Shown in pieces: positions 1 to 9,135 of a stretch of DNA of 64,000 bases (its first letter is position 1; every line of letters starts with the position of its first letter). The DNA is taken from the NCBI GenBank assembly GCA_041666965.1, contig JBAYFX010000002.1, positions 8,417 to 72,416 of the forward strand, given 5' to 3'. The translations under genes were made by a program, and so were the position numbers. The notes below the pieces were generated by a model. That model did no database searches, was not told where the DNA came from, and was given only the letters and a program-made list of their open reading frames with translations. This DNA comes from Candidatus Shapirobacteria bacterium. Its GTDB lineage: Bacteria; Patescibacteriota; Microgenomatia; UBA12405.

Positions 1-1404
1 CGCCGCACCATCTACGAGCTCAAAATCAACTACCAACGAGCCCACATTTTGGAAGGTTTAAAAATTGCCCTCGATAATCTCGACGAAGTCATCAAAACCA
101 TTCGCGCCTCGGAAACCAGCGAAACCGCCAAAACCAATTTAATGTTAAAGTTCAATTTTACTGATCTTCAAGCCGACGCCATTTTAGAAATGCAGCTTCG
201 CCGCCTGGCCGCTCTTGAACGCCAAAAAATTGAAAACGAATACAACGAGGTTAACCAAACCATCAAAGACCTAACCGCCATTATTAAGGAACCAGACAGA
301 ATGATCAATGTCATTAGGGAAGAAAACAAGGAAGTAATGGACAAATTTAACGATCCACGTCTTACCAAAATCTACGCCCGGGAGCTCGAGGATTTCAGCG
401 AAGAAGACCTCATCCCCAAAGAGCCAACCGTCGTTTTGTTTACTAAAAGCGGTTACATTAAACGCGTCACCAAAGACACATACCGCAGTCAACACCGAGG
501 CGGTGTAGGAGTCGTAGGCATGGCGACCAAATCCGAAGATGAAGTCGATTGTATAATGTCCGTCACTACTCACGACAAATTGCTATTTTTCACCAACCGC
601 GGTCGAGTTTTTACCACCCGGGTCTGGGATGTCCCCGAGTCAACCCGTCAGAGCAGAGGAGTTGCCGCCGTCAATTTAGTCAATACTGTCCAAAGTGAAC
701 AAATTCAGGCTATCTTGTCCTTACCTGCGGGCAAAACTGTTGGTAATCAATACATCCTACTAGCTACCAAAAACGGCGTCGTTAAAAAAACTCTTCTTAG
801 TCGCTTTGAAAAAATTCGTCAAAACGGGCTTACTGCCATTAATCTTGACGAAGGCGATCATCTGGTTTGGGCCGAAACCACCACCGGGGACGATCAGGTA
901 TTCATAGTATCTCATCAAGGTAAATGTATCCGTTTCCATGAGTCCGATATTCGCCCCATGGGCCGCCATACCCGAGGGGTTCGGGGTATTACCCTAAAAA
1001 TTGGCGATTATTTAGTGTCTTTAGACGTTTTACCCTCAGTCCGCACTCCATCTTCCAAAAAAGACCCTCACTTTTACCATCTTCTAACTGTCACCGAAAA
1101 AGGCATTGGTAAACGTTCCGATGTTTTCCTCTATCCGCTTCAAAAACGCGGTGGTATGGGTGTAAAAGTATCCCAGTTAAGTGATAAAACCGGCAATGTG
1201 GCCACAGCCAAAGTCGTTACTGAAAACCATCTTCAGGCAATTCTTATCTCCCGCAAAGCTGTCACCATTAATTTACCTCTCAGCAACATTCCGGTCCTCA
1301 ACCGCAGTACCCAAGGGGTAATTTTAATGAGGCTCAAGGACGCCACCGACCAGGTTTCTACCATGACTGTAGTTGAAAAAGAAGTCGAGGAACCAATCAA
1401 GTAA
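1..1404 (+). CDS. gyrA: DNA gyrase subunit A (C-terminal part; 5' end outside window)
   Basis: Frame is open from base 1 (RRTIYELK...RAHILEGL); GyrA-box-like QHRGGVG and beta-pinwheel repeats (RPMGRHTRGVRGI). Confidence 0.96.
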   Translation, partial: RRTIYELKINYQRAHILEGLKIALDNLDEVIKTIRASETSETAKTNLMLKFNFTDLQADAILEMQLRRLAALERQKIENEYNEVNQTIKDLTAIIKEPDRMINVIREENKEVMDKFNDPRLTKIYARELEDFSEEDLIPKEPTVVLFTKSGYIKRVTKDTYRSQHRGGVGVVGMATKSEDEVDCIMSVTTHDKLLFFTNRGRVFTTRVWDVPESTRQSRGVAAVNLVNTVQSEQIQAILSLPAGKTVGNQYILLATKNGVVKKTLLSRFEKIRQNGLTAINLDEGDHLVWAETTTGDDQVFIVSHQGKCIRFHESDIRPMGRHTRGVRGITLKIGDYLVSLDVLPSVRTPSSKKDPHFYHLLTVTEKGIGKRSDVFLYPLQKRGGMGVKVSQLSDKTGNVATAKVVTENHLQAILISRKAVTINLPLSNIPVLNRSTQGVILMRLKDATDQVSTMTVVEKEVEEPIK

Positions 1405-1720
1405 GCTAACATATCCTATATAATATTCTTCTAAAGTACTAGTAAAATAAACACGGATTTGGCAGTCTGGGTAGGGGAGTGCTAACAAGGCTAGATTTTT
1501 AGATTACCCCCATAAATAGGGTATAAATTACTCCTTCAGAAAAATGATAAATTTTACATCCTTTTCAAATGGTTATTACCAAACTTAGGCCAATATCCGC
1601 ATTATCCTTTACACACCTATAACTTATCAGTTTTTCTCCCTGTATTACAAATAGTATCGGCTACTAATTTTGTAAATCATTCACAAGAGGGTAGGGGAGT
1701 GTTGGTATACTACTCCAACT

Positions 1721-2326
1721 ATGCCCATCGAAACCATTGTTTTAGCTACCCGTAATCCCGGAAAAGTAATTCAATATCGGCAGGCACTAGAAAGCCTAGG
1801 TATAAACGTATTAGGTTTAACTGAATTAGGAATTAAAGGAAAACCAACCGAATCAGGCGATACCGCCGAAGCCAACGCCGCAATTAAAGGTCTCTTCTAT
1901 TCTGCTCTTACCCCCTATCCTGTTCTTACCGAAGATGAATCTCTGTTAGTTGATTTTCTACCGATCGAACTACAACCCGGTGTTCGTGTTCGCCGTATTA
2001 ATGGGGAAGATGAAGTCACCGATGACCAACTATTCCAGTATTGGAAAGAAATAGTTAGCCGCACACCTCCAAGTTTAAGAACAGGTCGTTGGCATATTGC
2101 CTATTGCTTAGCTACAGGAGGTCAAATCCTTGGCCAAACAGCCCGGGATGTTGAGGTTAAATTCTTCTATCCTCCTTCATCGGTTAGAATTCCCGGCTGG
2201 CCCCTAAGTAGTATTCAGGGTTCTACCGGCAAACCGTCAAGTGAGCGGACTCCAGAGGAAATTCAACAAAGAATTCAAGAAGATGGTCTATTAATTCGCC
2301 AAATCATACAAAAGTTAGTTAGTTAA
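1721..2326 (+). CDS. Ham1/ITPase-family non-canonical purine NTP pyrophosphatase
   Basis: IVLATRNPGK N-terminal motif, ESGDTAEANAAIK, EDESL..PGV. Confidence 0.8.
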   Translation: MPIETIVLATRNPGKVIQYRQALESLGINVLGLTELGIKGKPTESGDTAEANAAIKGLFYSALTPYPVLTEDESLLVDFLPIELQPGVRVRRINGEDEVTDDQLFQYWKEIVSRTPPSLRTGRWHIAYCLATGGQILGQTARDVEVKFFYPPSSVRIPGWPLSSIQGSTGKPSSERTPEEIQQRIQEDGLLIRQIIQKLVS

Positions 2327-2351
2327 CCTTCGGCTAAATAGGGTAGGGGAG

Positions 2352-3302
2352 TCATCCTTCTTTTTTCTTAAAATGGAACCGGTCGTGAACTTCTTTAAGC
2401 CGAGCGTTAGTCACATGGGTATAAATTTGGGTGGTAGCAATATTTTTGTGCCCGAGTAGTTCCTGAACCGAGCGCAGGTCGGCCCCGTTAACTAACAGAT
2501 CAGTGGCCATTGAATGTCTGAGGGTGTGTGGTGTGGCGTCCACCGGCAATTTGGCCAACACTACATATTTTTTTACAATCCTCTGAATGGTACGCGCCCC
2601 AATTCTAACTTTTTTCTCGTCCACAATAATTTCGGTTAGTTTTATATTTCTAACAAAGAGGGGAGTCATCTTGTCCATTCGGCTCCTTAGGTACTCCTCT
2701 ACTTTTTGGGCCGATCTTTCCGACATAAATACCACCCGACTTCGTCCACCCTTACCAATCACTCCAAATTCGCGGGTTTTTAGGTTAACTTGGTCCCGGT
2801 TTAAGGCAACGAGTTCCGACACCCGTAAGCCCGACGAAAATAACAACTCCAAAATCGCCCTGTCCCGTTTGCCGTTAGTACTCGATGAAATTGGTTGGTT
2901 TAACAGTCGTTCTACCTGCTCTCCAGTTAAAAACTTCAACGAGTGGTCTCTAAACTTGGGCACATCAATTACTTCCGGCTTTAGGCATTCCACACCCTTT
3001 CGGGTCAGCCATTTTAAAAATGACCTTAAAGCAATTACATAATAAGCCTGCGTCGTCAAAATCATGTCTTGACCTTTGGTGCCTTTTTTTGTCGTCAGCC
3101 ACAGCCGCCATTCTTTAACATTTTTTTCATTTAAGCTCTTAATGGTCAGTGGATAATTTTTCGTCGCCATAAATGACTGTAGGTCATTTAGGTAATGCCG
3201 ATAGTTTCTAACGGTGAGGCGTGACGATCCTTTTTCAATACTCATATAGTCCAAGTACTTATTTATCCATCCCGACAGTTCATTTAAAGTCTCAACTTCC
3301 AT
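2352..3302 (-). CDS. xerC: Tyrosine recombinase, XerC/XerD family
   Basis: SGLRVSEL, GKGG, HTLRHS, LLGH, TTQIY catalytic motifs; xerC versus xerD assignment is uncertain. Confidence 0.9.
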   Translation of the reverse strand: MEVETLNELSGWINKYLDYMSIEKGSSRLTVRNYRHYLNDLQSFMATKNYPLTIKSLNEKNVKEWRLWLTTKKGTKGQDMILTTQAYYVIALRSFLKWLTRKGVECLKPEVIDVPKFRDHSLKFLTGEQVERLLNQPISSSTNGKRDRAILELLFSSGLRVSELVALNRDQVNLKTREFGVIGKGGRSRVVFMSERSAQKVEEYLRSRMDKMTPLFVRNIKLTEIIVDEKKVRIGARTIQRIVKKYVVLAKLPVDATPHTLRHSMATDLLVNGADLRSVQELLGHKNIATTQIYTHVTNARLKEVHDRFHFKKKEG

Positions 3303-3580
3303 AGCTAATTATATACTGTGAAGCTTATCTTGTGTTCTAGGGCCTTTGGTGAGGTCATACATATTTTGCCTTATTTACCGCTATTTATAAAATCCCCTTC
3401 ATAAGAGTAGTCAAGTGGAGGCTCTCAGGCTCAAAACCGGTTTTTGGCAGGCACCTCCTACAATAGGGGTAAAGGAGCCAAATATACTAGTCAACTCCAA
3501 TTATTTATTTGAAATTTATATTTTATTAATTATTTATTAATTAGTCAGAAACCTCCCTCCCCCCCTCGGAGAAGTACCTC

Positions 3581-3608
3581 ATGTCGCAAAACATACATTG
3601 TGCGACGT
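3581..3608 (-). other. dif-like chromosome dimer resolution site
   Basis: Minus strand ACGTCGCACAA-TGTATG-TTTTGCGACAT has an 11-6-11 layout and resembles E. coli dif GGTGCGCATAA-TGTATA-TTATGTTAAAT; lies 280 bp upstream of the xer gene. Confidence 0.75.
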
Positions 3609-3985
3609 TATACTTTAAGCCCCAAGAACAGTAGGGAACAAGTCTTTTCTCCACTTTCTTCACACTAAAATTAACTGATTAATATTTATCTAACAAAACA
3701 ATTACTGGGGTACCCTCTCTTCTCTTCTTACCCACTTCTCTCCAAATTCACATTTTGTAAGTTTTAGAGTTTTCCACAGAACTATATCATTGTATATCAC
3801 GTATGTGAAATATTTATAGGATATGTGAAAATATAATTATAGGACGTTGTATATTATAGGTCATACTACTTCCCTACCCTAGTCCCCTTGCCTAAAAATT
3901 GAGTACTTATTTATTATTTAAATTTATAAATAATACGAAATCCGTCTCTTGACGGAATAATTCAAAAAATATATTACTTCGGTTC

Positions 3986-4768
3986 CTACCAACTTACAGT
4001 CACGATCAAAGAGATTATTACGGCCACCAAAATCCACCCCAAACTCATAATTGATTTTTTAAACAATCTTTCCCGAATCGTCAGTTGTATCAGGCTTATT
4101 AATATGTATTGAAACGACACCATATACAAGGAACTCTTAAATACCCCCGTTGGCCAAAAAGACAGTACCATCGCCATTTGGGACATCATCCACACCGAAG
4201 CCAAAACATAAGACATAATTGGTAAGTCTTTACCATCATCCGGTAATTCAATTAGCACCGACCAAACAATGTAAGTAAAAATAAAAGGAGTTACCGCCAA
4301 AAATATCAGCATGTTTTGCCAAAACCCCAACCGGTACGAAAAAATAACGTCATATACTAAAAACGAAGCAAATAAGGTTACAACTACGCTTACCGTAAAC
4401 GCCGCCCGGTACAACGGCACAGTTTTATAACCCACCGCCACCATAAACACGTTTTCAATCAAATATATCGTATAGTTCACTCCCCCAAACAACAGCAATA
4501 TCGGAATATCCCACCACCAAGGCAATTCCAAAACAGAAATAAACATCGCCAGTCCAAAAAACCACATAATCGGCAATATAATCGCCGCCAAGCGACTTTT
4601 CCAATCTGAGTAATAAATCAATCCCAGACCGTACCAGGTTGAAAACACCGTCAACGCTAACCCTGTAAATACTCCATATAGTCTGGAATCATAGGGCAAT
4701 TCTACAAACAACAGAAAGCCTAATGCCTGGATTAAGGTTAAAAATAAAAATTTTGCCCGTTTATTCAT
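3986..4768 (-). CDS. Multi-pass membrane protein, unknown function
   Basis: About 8 hydrophobic segments; abuts yebC. Confidence 0.75.
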   Translation of the reverse strand: MNKRAKFLFLTLIQALGFLLFVELPYDSRLYGVFTGLALTVFSTWYGLGLIYYSDWKSRLAAIILPIMWFFGLAMFISVLELPWWWDIPILLLFGGVNYTIYLIENVFMVAVGYKTVPLYRAAFTVSVVVTLFASFLVYDVIFSYRLGFWQNMLIFLAVTPFIFTYIVWSVLIELPDDGKDLPIMSYVLASVWMMSQMAMVLSFWPTGVFKSSLYMVSFQYILISLIQLTIRERLFKKSIMSLGWILVAVIISLIVTVSW

Positions 4769-5473
4769 TTATGGGCTCCCAACATTGACTGATTCAACTT
4801 CATCTAACGCCTCCAGTTCATCAATTAAATCCACCAACTGTTGAGTATCCTCCTGGCTCAACTCGAACCTTGCTCCCAAAAACTTATATCTTTTGCCCAA
4901 ACTCACCACCCGCTTACCTTGCTCTTCTAAATACTTTTTAATTACCTCTCCGTTTTCCCCCACCCCGTATTCAATCGTCTCCTCAGTCCAGTCACTCATC
5001 CCTTTTTCCATCAATTGTAACTCTTCCTCTTCACTCAGCTGACCCTCATAGTCAATAACCCCTACTTCCTCAAACTGGAATTTTACGCTCCCTTCATCCC
5101 CCACCGACCCCCCATAAGTCTTAAACAACGACCGAATTTCCCCTAAGCTTCGGTTTTTATTGTCTGTTTCTACTTTTACCATCATTGGCACTCCCCCCGG
5201 CCCGTAACCCTCCAAAAGCAAACTCATTAAATTCTTTTGTTTAGATTGGTAATTACCTAGTAACCGCTCAATATTGTCTTTAGGAACGTTTGCTTCCCTA
5301 GCCTTGTCCAGGGCCACCTTCAGGTAACTGTTAGATTCCGGGTTAATCACTCCACCTCCAAGTTTTATCGCCCCAATTATGGCCCGGGATAATTTGGTAA
5401 AAACTTCACTTCGCTTTTTATCCACCGCCCCCTTGCGATTTTTAATATTGGCCCATTTAGAATGTCCTGACAT
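4769..5473 (-). CDS. yebC: YebC/PmpR family protein
   Basis: MSGHSKWANIK N-terminus, EGYGPGGV, TDNKNR. Confidence 0.95.
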   Translation of the reverse strand: MSGHSKWANIKNRKGAVDKKRSEVFTKLSRAIIGAIKLGGGVINPESNSYLKVALDKAREANVPKDNIERLLGNYQSKQKNLMSLLLEGYGPGGVPMMVKVETDNKNRSLGEIRSLFKTYGGSVGDEGSVKFQFEEVGVIDYEGQLSEEEELQLMEKGMSDWTEETIEYGVGENGEVIKKYLEEQGKRVVSLGKRYKFLGARFELSQEDTQQLVDLIDELEALDEVESVNVGSP

Positions 5474-6281
5474 AGCTGCTGTATTTTAACAAATCGGCCA
5501 TCCCTCTCCCAATAACCATTTCTACACCGGCTTTAATTTTTATATCTTTCTTAAGCTCACAGTTCCACAATTGGTTAACTTTATTAATTTGTCTTAAATA
5601 ATTATTGCCCGTTTCTTCCAAGTTATATTTTATTTGGCACAAATTAATTTCTCTATTACTAATGTTGGCTACATTACTCACCCACATTCCCGCCCACACC
5701 AGTCTTTGGGCCACAAAAGATCCTAAACCTTTTTGGTCAGTCCCGTTATAAATCCGCCACTCTACCCCTCCCCGGTCAATTGGAGTATATCCGGTAATCA
5801 CTTGCTTATCCCAATTGTTAAAAATTTCTCCCGTCTCCACTAACCCCAACTCGTCTTCCCTAACAATCCAGCTGCTTCCTTCCCATTTCCACCACAGCCA
5901 TCTTCCGGGGGACCATTTTTTCCACACCTCTTCCACCACTACCTCTCTTGTGCTACTTATAATTTTATCCGGTAATAAGCCAAAATTGTAAAATATTACT
6001 TTGTCCATTAAATTTGTTCCGCCATCGATTTGTTTAACCTTTTCCAGATTTCCGGTTTCATACCACCCCCACCCTCCGGGTACCCAAATTGGTACCTGTT
6101 TGGGCACAATCGCCGTGGCCACCATTTTCCGCTTAGGTGACCAATTAACTACCCTCATTCCCCAGTTGCCGTAAACCACTACCAACCACTCTTTTTCTTG
6201 GCCCAAACTTTTTATCATAGTCCCAAAAACCAAGGCCATTATCCCCAAAATTATTATTAGCGTCCTATGTTTCGATTTCAT
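5457..6281 (-). CDS. Membrane-anchored protein with LytR C-terminal-like domain
   Basis: N-terminal TM; IYNGTDQKGLG and VIGRG resemble LytR_C motifs. Confidence 0.6.
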   Translation of the reverse strand: MKSKHRTLIIILGIMALVFGTMIKSLGQEKEWLVVVYGNWGMRVVNWSPKRKMVATAIVPKQVPIWVPGGWGWYETGNLEKVKQIDGGTNLMDKVIFYNFGLLPDKIISSTREVVVEEVWKKWSPGRWLWWKWEGSSWIVREDELGLVETGEIFNNWDKQVITGYTPIDRGGVEWRIYNGTDQKGLGSFVAQRLVWAGMWVSNVANISNREINLCQIKYNLEETGNNYLRQINKVNQLWNCELKKDIKIKAGVEMVIGRGMADLLKYSSYVRTF

Positions 6282-6939
6282 ATTGTTTTAAAATCTCCCT
6301 CATGTTTAGGGGGATTGGAATTTCCACCGCCACCCGGCCCCCATCCTTTGAGCTTACTCCCAAAAACCCCTCATGTAACATAAGCCTCGCCTCTTTGGTT
6401 TTCCCATACCACCGATCTCCCACAATCGGCCATCCTAAATAATTTAAATGAACCCGAATTTGATGAGTCCGACCGGTGTATATTCTCACCTTCAGCCAAC
6501 TGTAAGTCAGTCCATCCTTGCGTCCAATCGCCTCCCTCCAAAACTCGGTTATTGCCATCTTTCCATCAATTTTCACTTTTCTTTTTACTACCCCTTTCCC
6601 CCGCCACATTCCAATAGGCATCTCAATCTTTCCCCACCCGCTACTTTTTCCTGATACGAAACACCAGTAATATTTCTCCACCGCTCTTTGTTTAAATTGA
6701 CTACTATACCAAACTGCTGCCGCCTCACTTAATGCTACCAGCACCCCCCCCGATGTTTCCCTATCAAGTCTGTGAACTATTCCTGCTCGGTACAGCTCCC
6801 GGCTCTCAATCACATTTTCCAGTAGCCAATTTTCCAGGCTTAGTTTTCCTGTGTCTCTACCTACCGTCAGCCAACCTTGGGGCTTATACACCACCACACA
6901 ATCATCTTTTTTATAAATTATTTTCGGTTCTGTTTCCAT
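6265..6939 (-). CDS. RluA-family RNA pseudouridine synthase
   Basis: KPQGW, HRLDRETSG (catalytic Asp), GRTHQIRVH; start moved to METEPK. Confidence 0.92.
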   Translation of the reverse strand: METEPKIIYKKDDCVVVYKPQGWLTVGRDTGKLSLENWLLENVIESRELYRAGIVHRLDRETSGGVLVALSEAAAVWYSSQFKQRAVEKYYWCFVSGKSSGWGKIEMPIGMWRGKGVVKRKVKIDGKMAITEFWREAIGRKDGLTYSWLKVRIYTGRTHQIRVHLNYLGWPIVGDRWYGKTKEARLMLHEGFLGVSSKDGGRVAVEIPIPLNMREILKQYEIET

Positions 6940-7208
6940 GTGTCCACAATAATTAGCAATCCACCGGCAACTACGAGCCAGTCCCACCAGTTATTATAAC
7001 CGCCAATAATCGGTATCCGTAAATTATCAACCACACACCCCGTAAGCCACCTCTGCCACAAGTTACCCGCACCTCCCACTACCATCAACCACCAGCCCGT
7101 TTTTCGATATTTCAAAGCACCCATCACTATCAACAACCAAATTATTGAAGTAATTGCCACCAAATAGGGAATTTGTAACCCAAAGGCAATCCCGCAGTTA
7201 AGCGCCAT
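6918..7208 (-). CDS. lspA: Minimal lipoprotein signal peptidase II
   Basis: NCGIAFG, GGAGNLWQR, GCVVDN and NWWD match LspA motifs; lies next to RluA. Confidence 0.7.
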   Translation of the reverse strand: MALNCGIAFGLQIPYLVAITSIIWLLIVMGALKYRKTGWWLMVVGGAGNLWQRWLTGCVVDNLRIPIIGGYNNWWDWLVVAGGLLIIVDTWKQNRK

Positions 7209-7212
7209 AAAA

Positions 7213-7578
7213 CTAAATCTCGTCTTCTTTTTCGCAACTAATACAAATTGTTGCCTCAGGGCGGACGGCCAATCTTTCCGTATCAATCATCTTGCCACAC
7301 TTTTCACAAATTCCGTACTTACCCAGTTTTAAGCGGGTTAATGCCTTACGCACCTGAACTAATTGCCTGTTTATAAACTTACTTTTTACCTGATTGTCAA
7401 AATGTCCCAACTGTTCATCCACATCTTCTTCGGTTGAATTTTCCCTCAATCTGTCCTCATCCCCAAACGGATCATTCTTAACCATTGCCTTCTCTTTTCT
7501 TTTAAGTTTAACCGCTTCATTTTCCAAAAACTCCCGTATTGGTTTTAGCAAATTAGCGGGTATTGAGAATTTTGTCAT
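7213..7578 (-). CDS. TraR/DksA C4-type zinc finger protein
   Basis: YGICEKCG...ERLAVRPEATICISC. Confidence 0.9.
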   Translation of the reverse strand: MTKFSIPANLLKPIREFLENEAVKLKRKEKAMVKNDPFGDEDRLRENSTEEDVDEQLGHFDNQVKSKFINRQLVQVRKALTRLKLGKYGICEKCGKMIDTERLAVRPEATICISCEKEDEI

Positions 7579-8204
7579 TGCCTTCCTAGCATAAACAATC
7601 CCACGCTCATTATCAACGACATAGTCGGTAATAAACCGATTTTTATCATCTCCCCCACTCCCCCTCCCACCAGTACCCAATTTACCCCCATGGCCATAAA
7701 ATATATGGCATTAACGGCAAAAAACACAAATCCCTTTTTCCCGCTGGCGTACCACGCCCACCGTCGATAATTCAGGCTCAGGTAGCGATAAATCCCAAAA
7801 CTTACCAAGGTAATCAGTAAGTCATAAAACTTCCCTTGTCCAAATATTACTTGAACCAATTGAATTATCCCGGTTATTGAGTACAAACCAATCATTACGT
7901 CTTGGGCCATCGACCATATTTTCCAATCCCGTATCCAGGCCATCCATACAATTAATATCTGGGCCAATACTAGTCCCCACACCGGTTGAAACAAATAAGG
8001 ACTCCACCAGCCTAGTACATTACCCACGTTTGTTCTGTCCCCCAACACTCCCAATACTCCCCCCAATCCGTAAACAATAGCTACCAGCCAACCCATTCCT
8101 GTTACTGCCATTTCGTCATAGTCGGCCTTAAGTCGGCGCCACCAAAAAAACTGAAATCCAACAATTAGTAGAATTCCCGTCAACCATCCAATAAATATTC
8201 CCAT
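7575..8204 (-). CDS. Membrane protein, possibly divergent Lgt-like
   Basis: Multi-TM, KKGFVFF segment, clustered with lspA; the Lgt link is contextual only. Confidence 0.5.
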   Translation of the reverse strand: MGIFIGWLTGILLIVGFQFFWWRRLKADYDEMAVTGMGWLVAIVYGLGGVLGVLGDRTNVGNVLGWWSPYLFQPVWGLVLAQILIVWMAWIRDWKIWSMAQDVMIGLYSITGIIQLVQVIFGQGKFYDLLITLVSFGIYRYLSLNYRRWAWYASGKKGFVFFAVNAIYFMAMGVNWVLVGGGVGEMIKIGLLPTMSLIMSVGLFMLGRQ

Positions 8205-8290
8205 GGTGCCGATGCTGGGAATCGAACCCAGATGACATTACTGCCACACGATTTTGAGTCGTGCGCGTCTACCAATTCCGCCACATCGGC
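8204..8290 (-). tRNA. tRNA-Leu(CAA)
   Basis: GCCGATG acceptor stem, anticodon loop CT-CAA-AA, long variable arm, GGTTCGATTCC, encoded CCA. Confidence 0.96.
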
Positions 8291-8310
8291 TTCAAGCTTA
8301 TTATCTCATG

Positions 8311-8348
8311 ACTTTGTCATTCTGAGGAGCTGGCGACGAAGAATCTCA
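8311..8348. repeat. REP-like element family A, copy 1
   Basis: ACTTTGTCATTCTGAG...GACGAAGAATCTCA, shared with 12848-12891. Confidence 0.8.
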
Positions 8349-8699
8349 ACTATGAAGTTTCAATTTTCTGACCGTAGTAGTTATTGGCACTCCAGTAAAA
8401 GGGCAATTATCCCTCCCCCCAGCTGACTCATAACCATCTATAGTAACCGCACCAAATCTATTGGTTAGCATTTCACAATTTGCTACTGCTTCGGAAGGAA
8501 CTGTTGTCAATAAAAGTTTCAATACTTCTTCGTACCCAAATGCCCGAATTTCTAAACTCACCCCTAAGCTACCCAAATCTCGTTTCAGTCTAACTTCAAC
8601 CCCAGACCTATTGTTAACAGCAGGGTTTAAAACATAGTCCGCCAACGGACAAAACGGCCAACAATTATACTTCCCAAAATCACCTTCGTGTCTTGACAT
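8346..8699 (-). CDS. Small Cys-motif hypothetical protein (paralogue of 8790..9119)
   Basis: CWPFCPLA / CEML / GGRDNC; TGATATAAT just upstream of the ATG. Confidence 0.7.
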   Translation of the reverse strand: MSRHEGDFGKYNCWPFCPLADYVLNPAVNNRSGVEVRLKRDLGSLGVSLEIRAFGYEEVLKLLLTTVPSEAVANCEMLTNRFGAVTIDGYESAGGRDNCPFTGVPITTTVRKLKLHS

Positions 8700-8789
8700 G
8701 TTTGTATTATATCAAACTATAACTTTCAATTCCGTCATCTCACACCCTACCCCGCTTTTTAAGTAGATTCACCAATCAGGTTTAGCTTC

Positions 8790-9119
8790 CTATGCTAAAG
8801 GATATGCGCTCAATATTACTCTTTGCCTCACAACCTTACAATCAGCTTGTCCACCTGAACTTATAGAGCCTCCCGCTACATCGTTTACACTTCTAATTAA
8901 CATTTCACACACCGAAGCGTCCTCTGGCGCTGGATCTACGGTTGCCAAACCCAAAACCCCATTTCTTGATAAGTCAACAACTTCAACCTTTAAACCTTTA
9001 TTTGGAAATGCTCTAACTATATCTTTTCCATTACCACCTAATACCCTTTTTCTTGCTACTAGCCCAAGCGGGCACCAACTTACACATTTTTCTGTTTTTA
9101 AACCAATTTCATCTGCCAT
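8790..9119 (-). CDS. Small Cys-motif hypothetical protein (paralogue of 8346..8699)
   Basis: CVSWCPLG / CEML / GGQADC; TGATATAAT just upstream of the ATG. Confidence 0.7.
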   Translation of the reverse strand: MADEIGLKTEKCVSWCPLGLVARKRVLGGNGKDIVRAFPNKGLKVEVVDLSRNGVLGLATVDPAPEDASVCEMLIRSVNDVAGGSISSGGQADCKVVRQRVILSAYPLA

Positions 9120-9135
9120 TTTCCCGATTATATCA

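Noticed and set aside
2352-3302. Tyrosine recombinase as a prophage/ICE integrase
   Set aside because: It is Xer-sized, flanked by housekeeping genes and adjacent to a dif-like site; no phage or conjugation genes or att repeats
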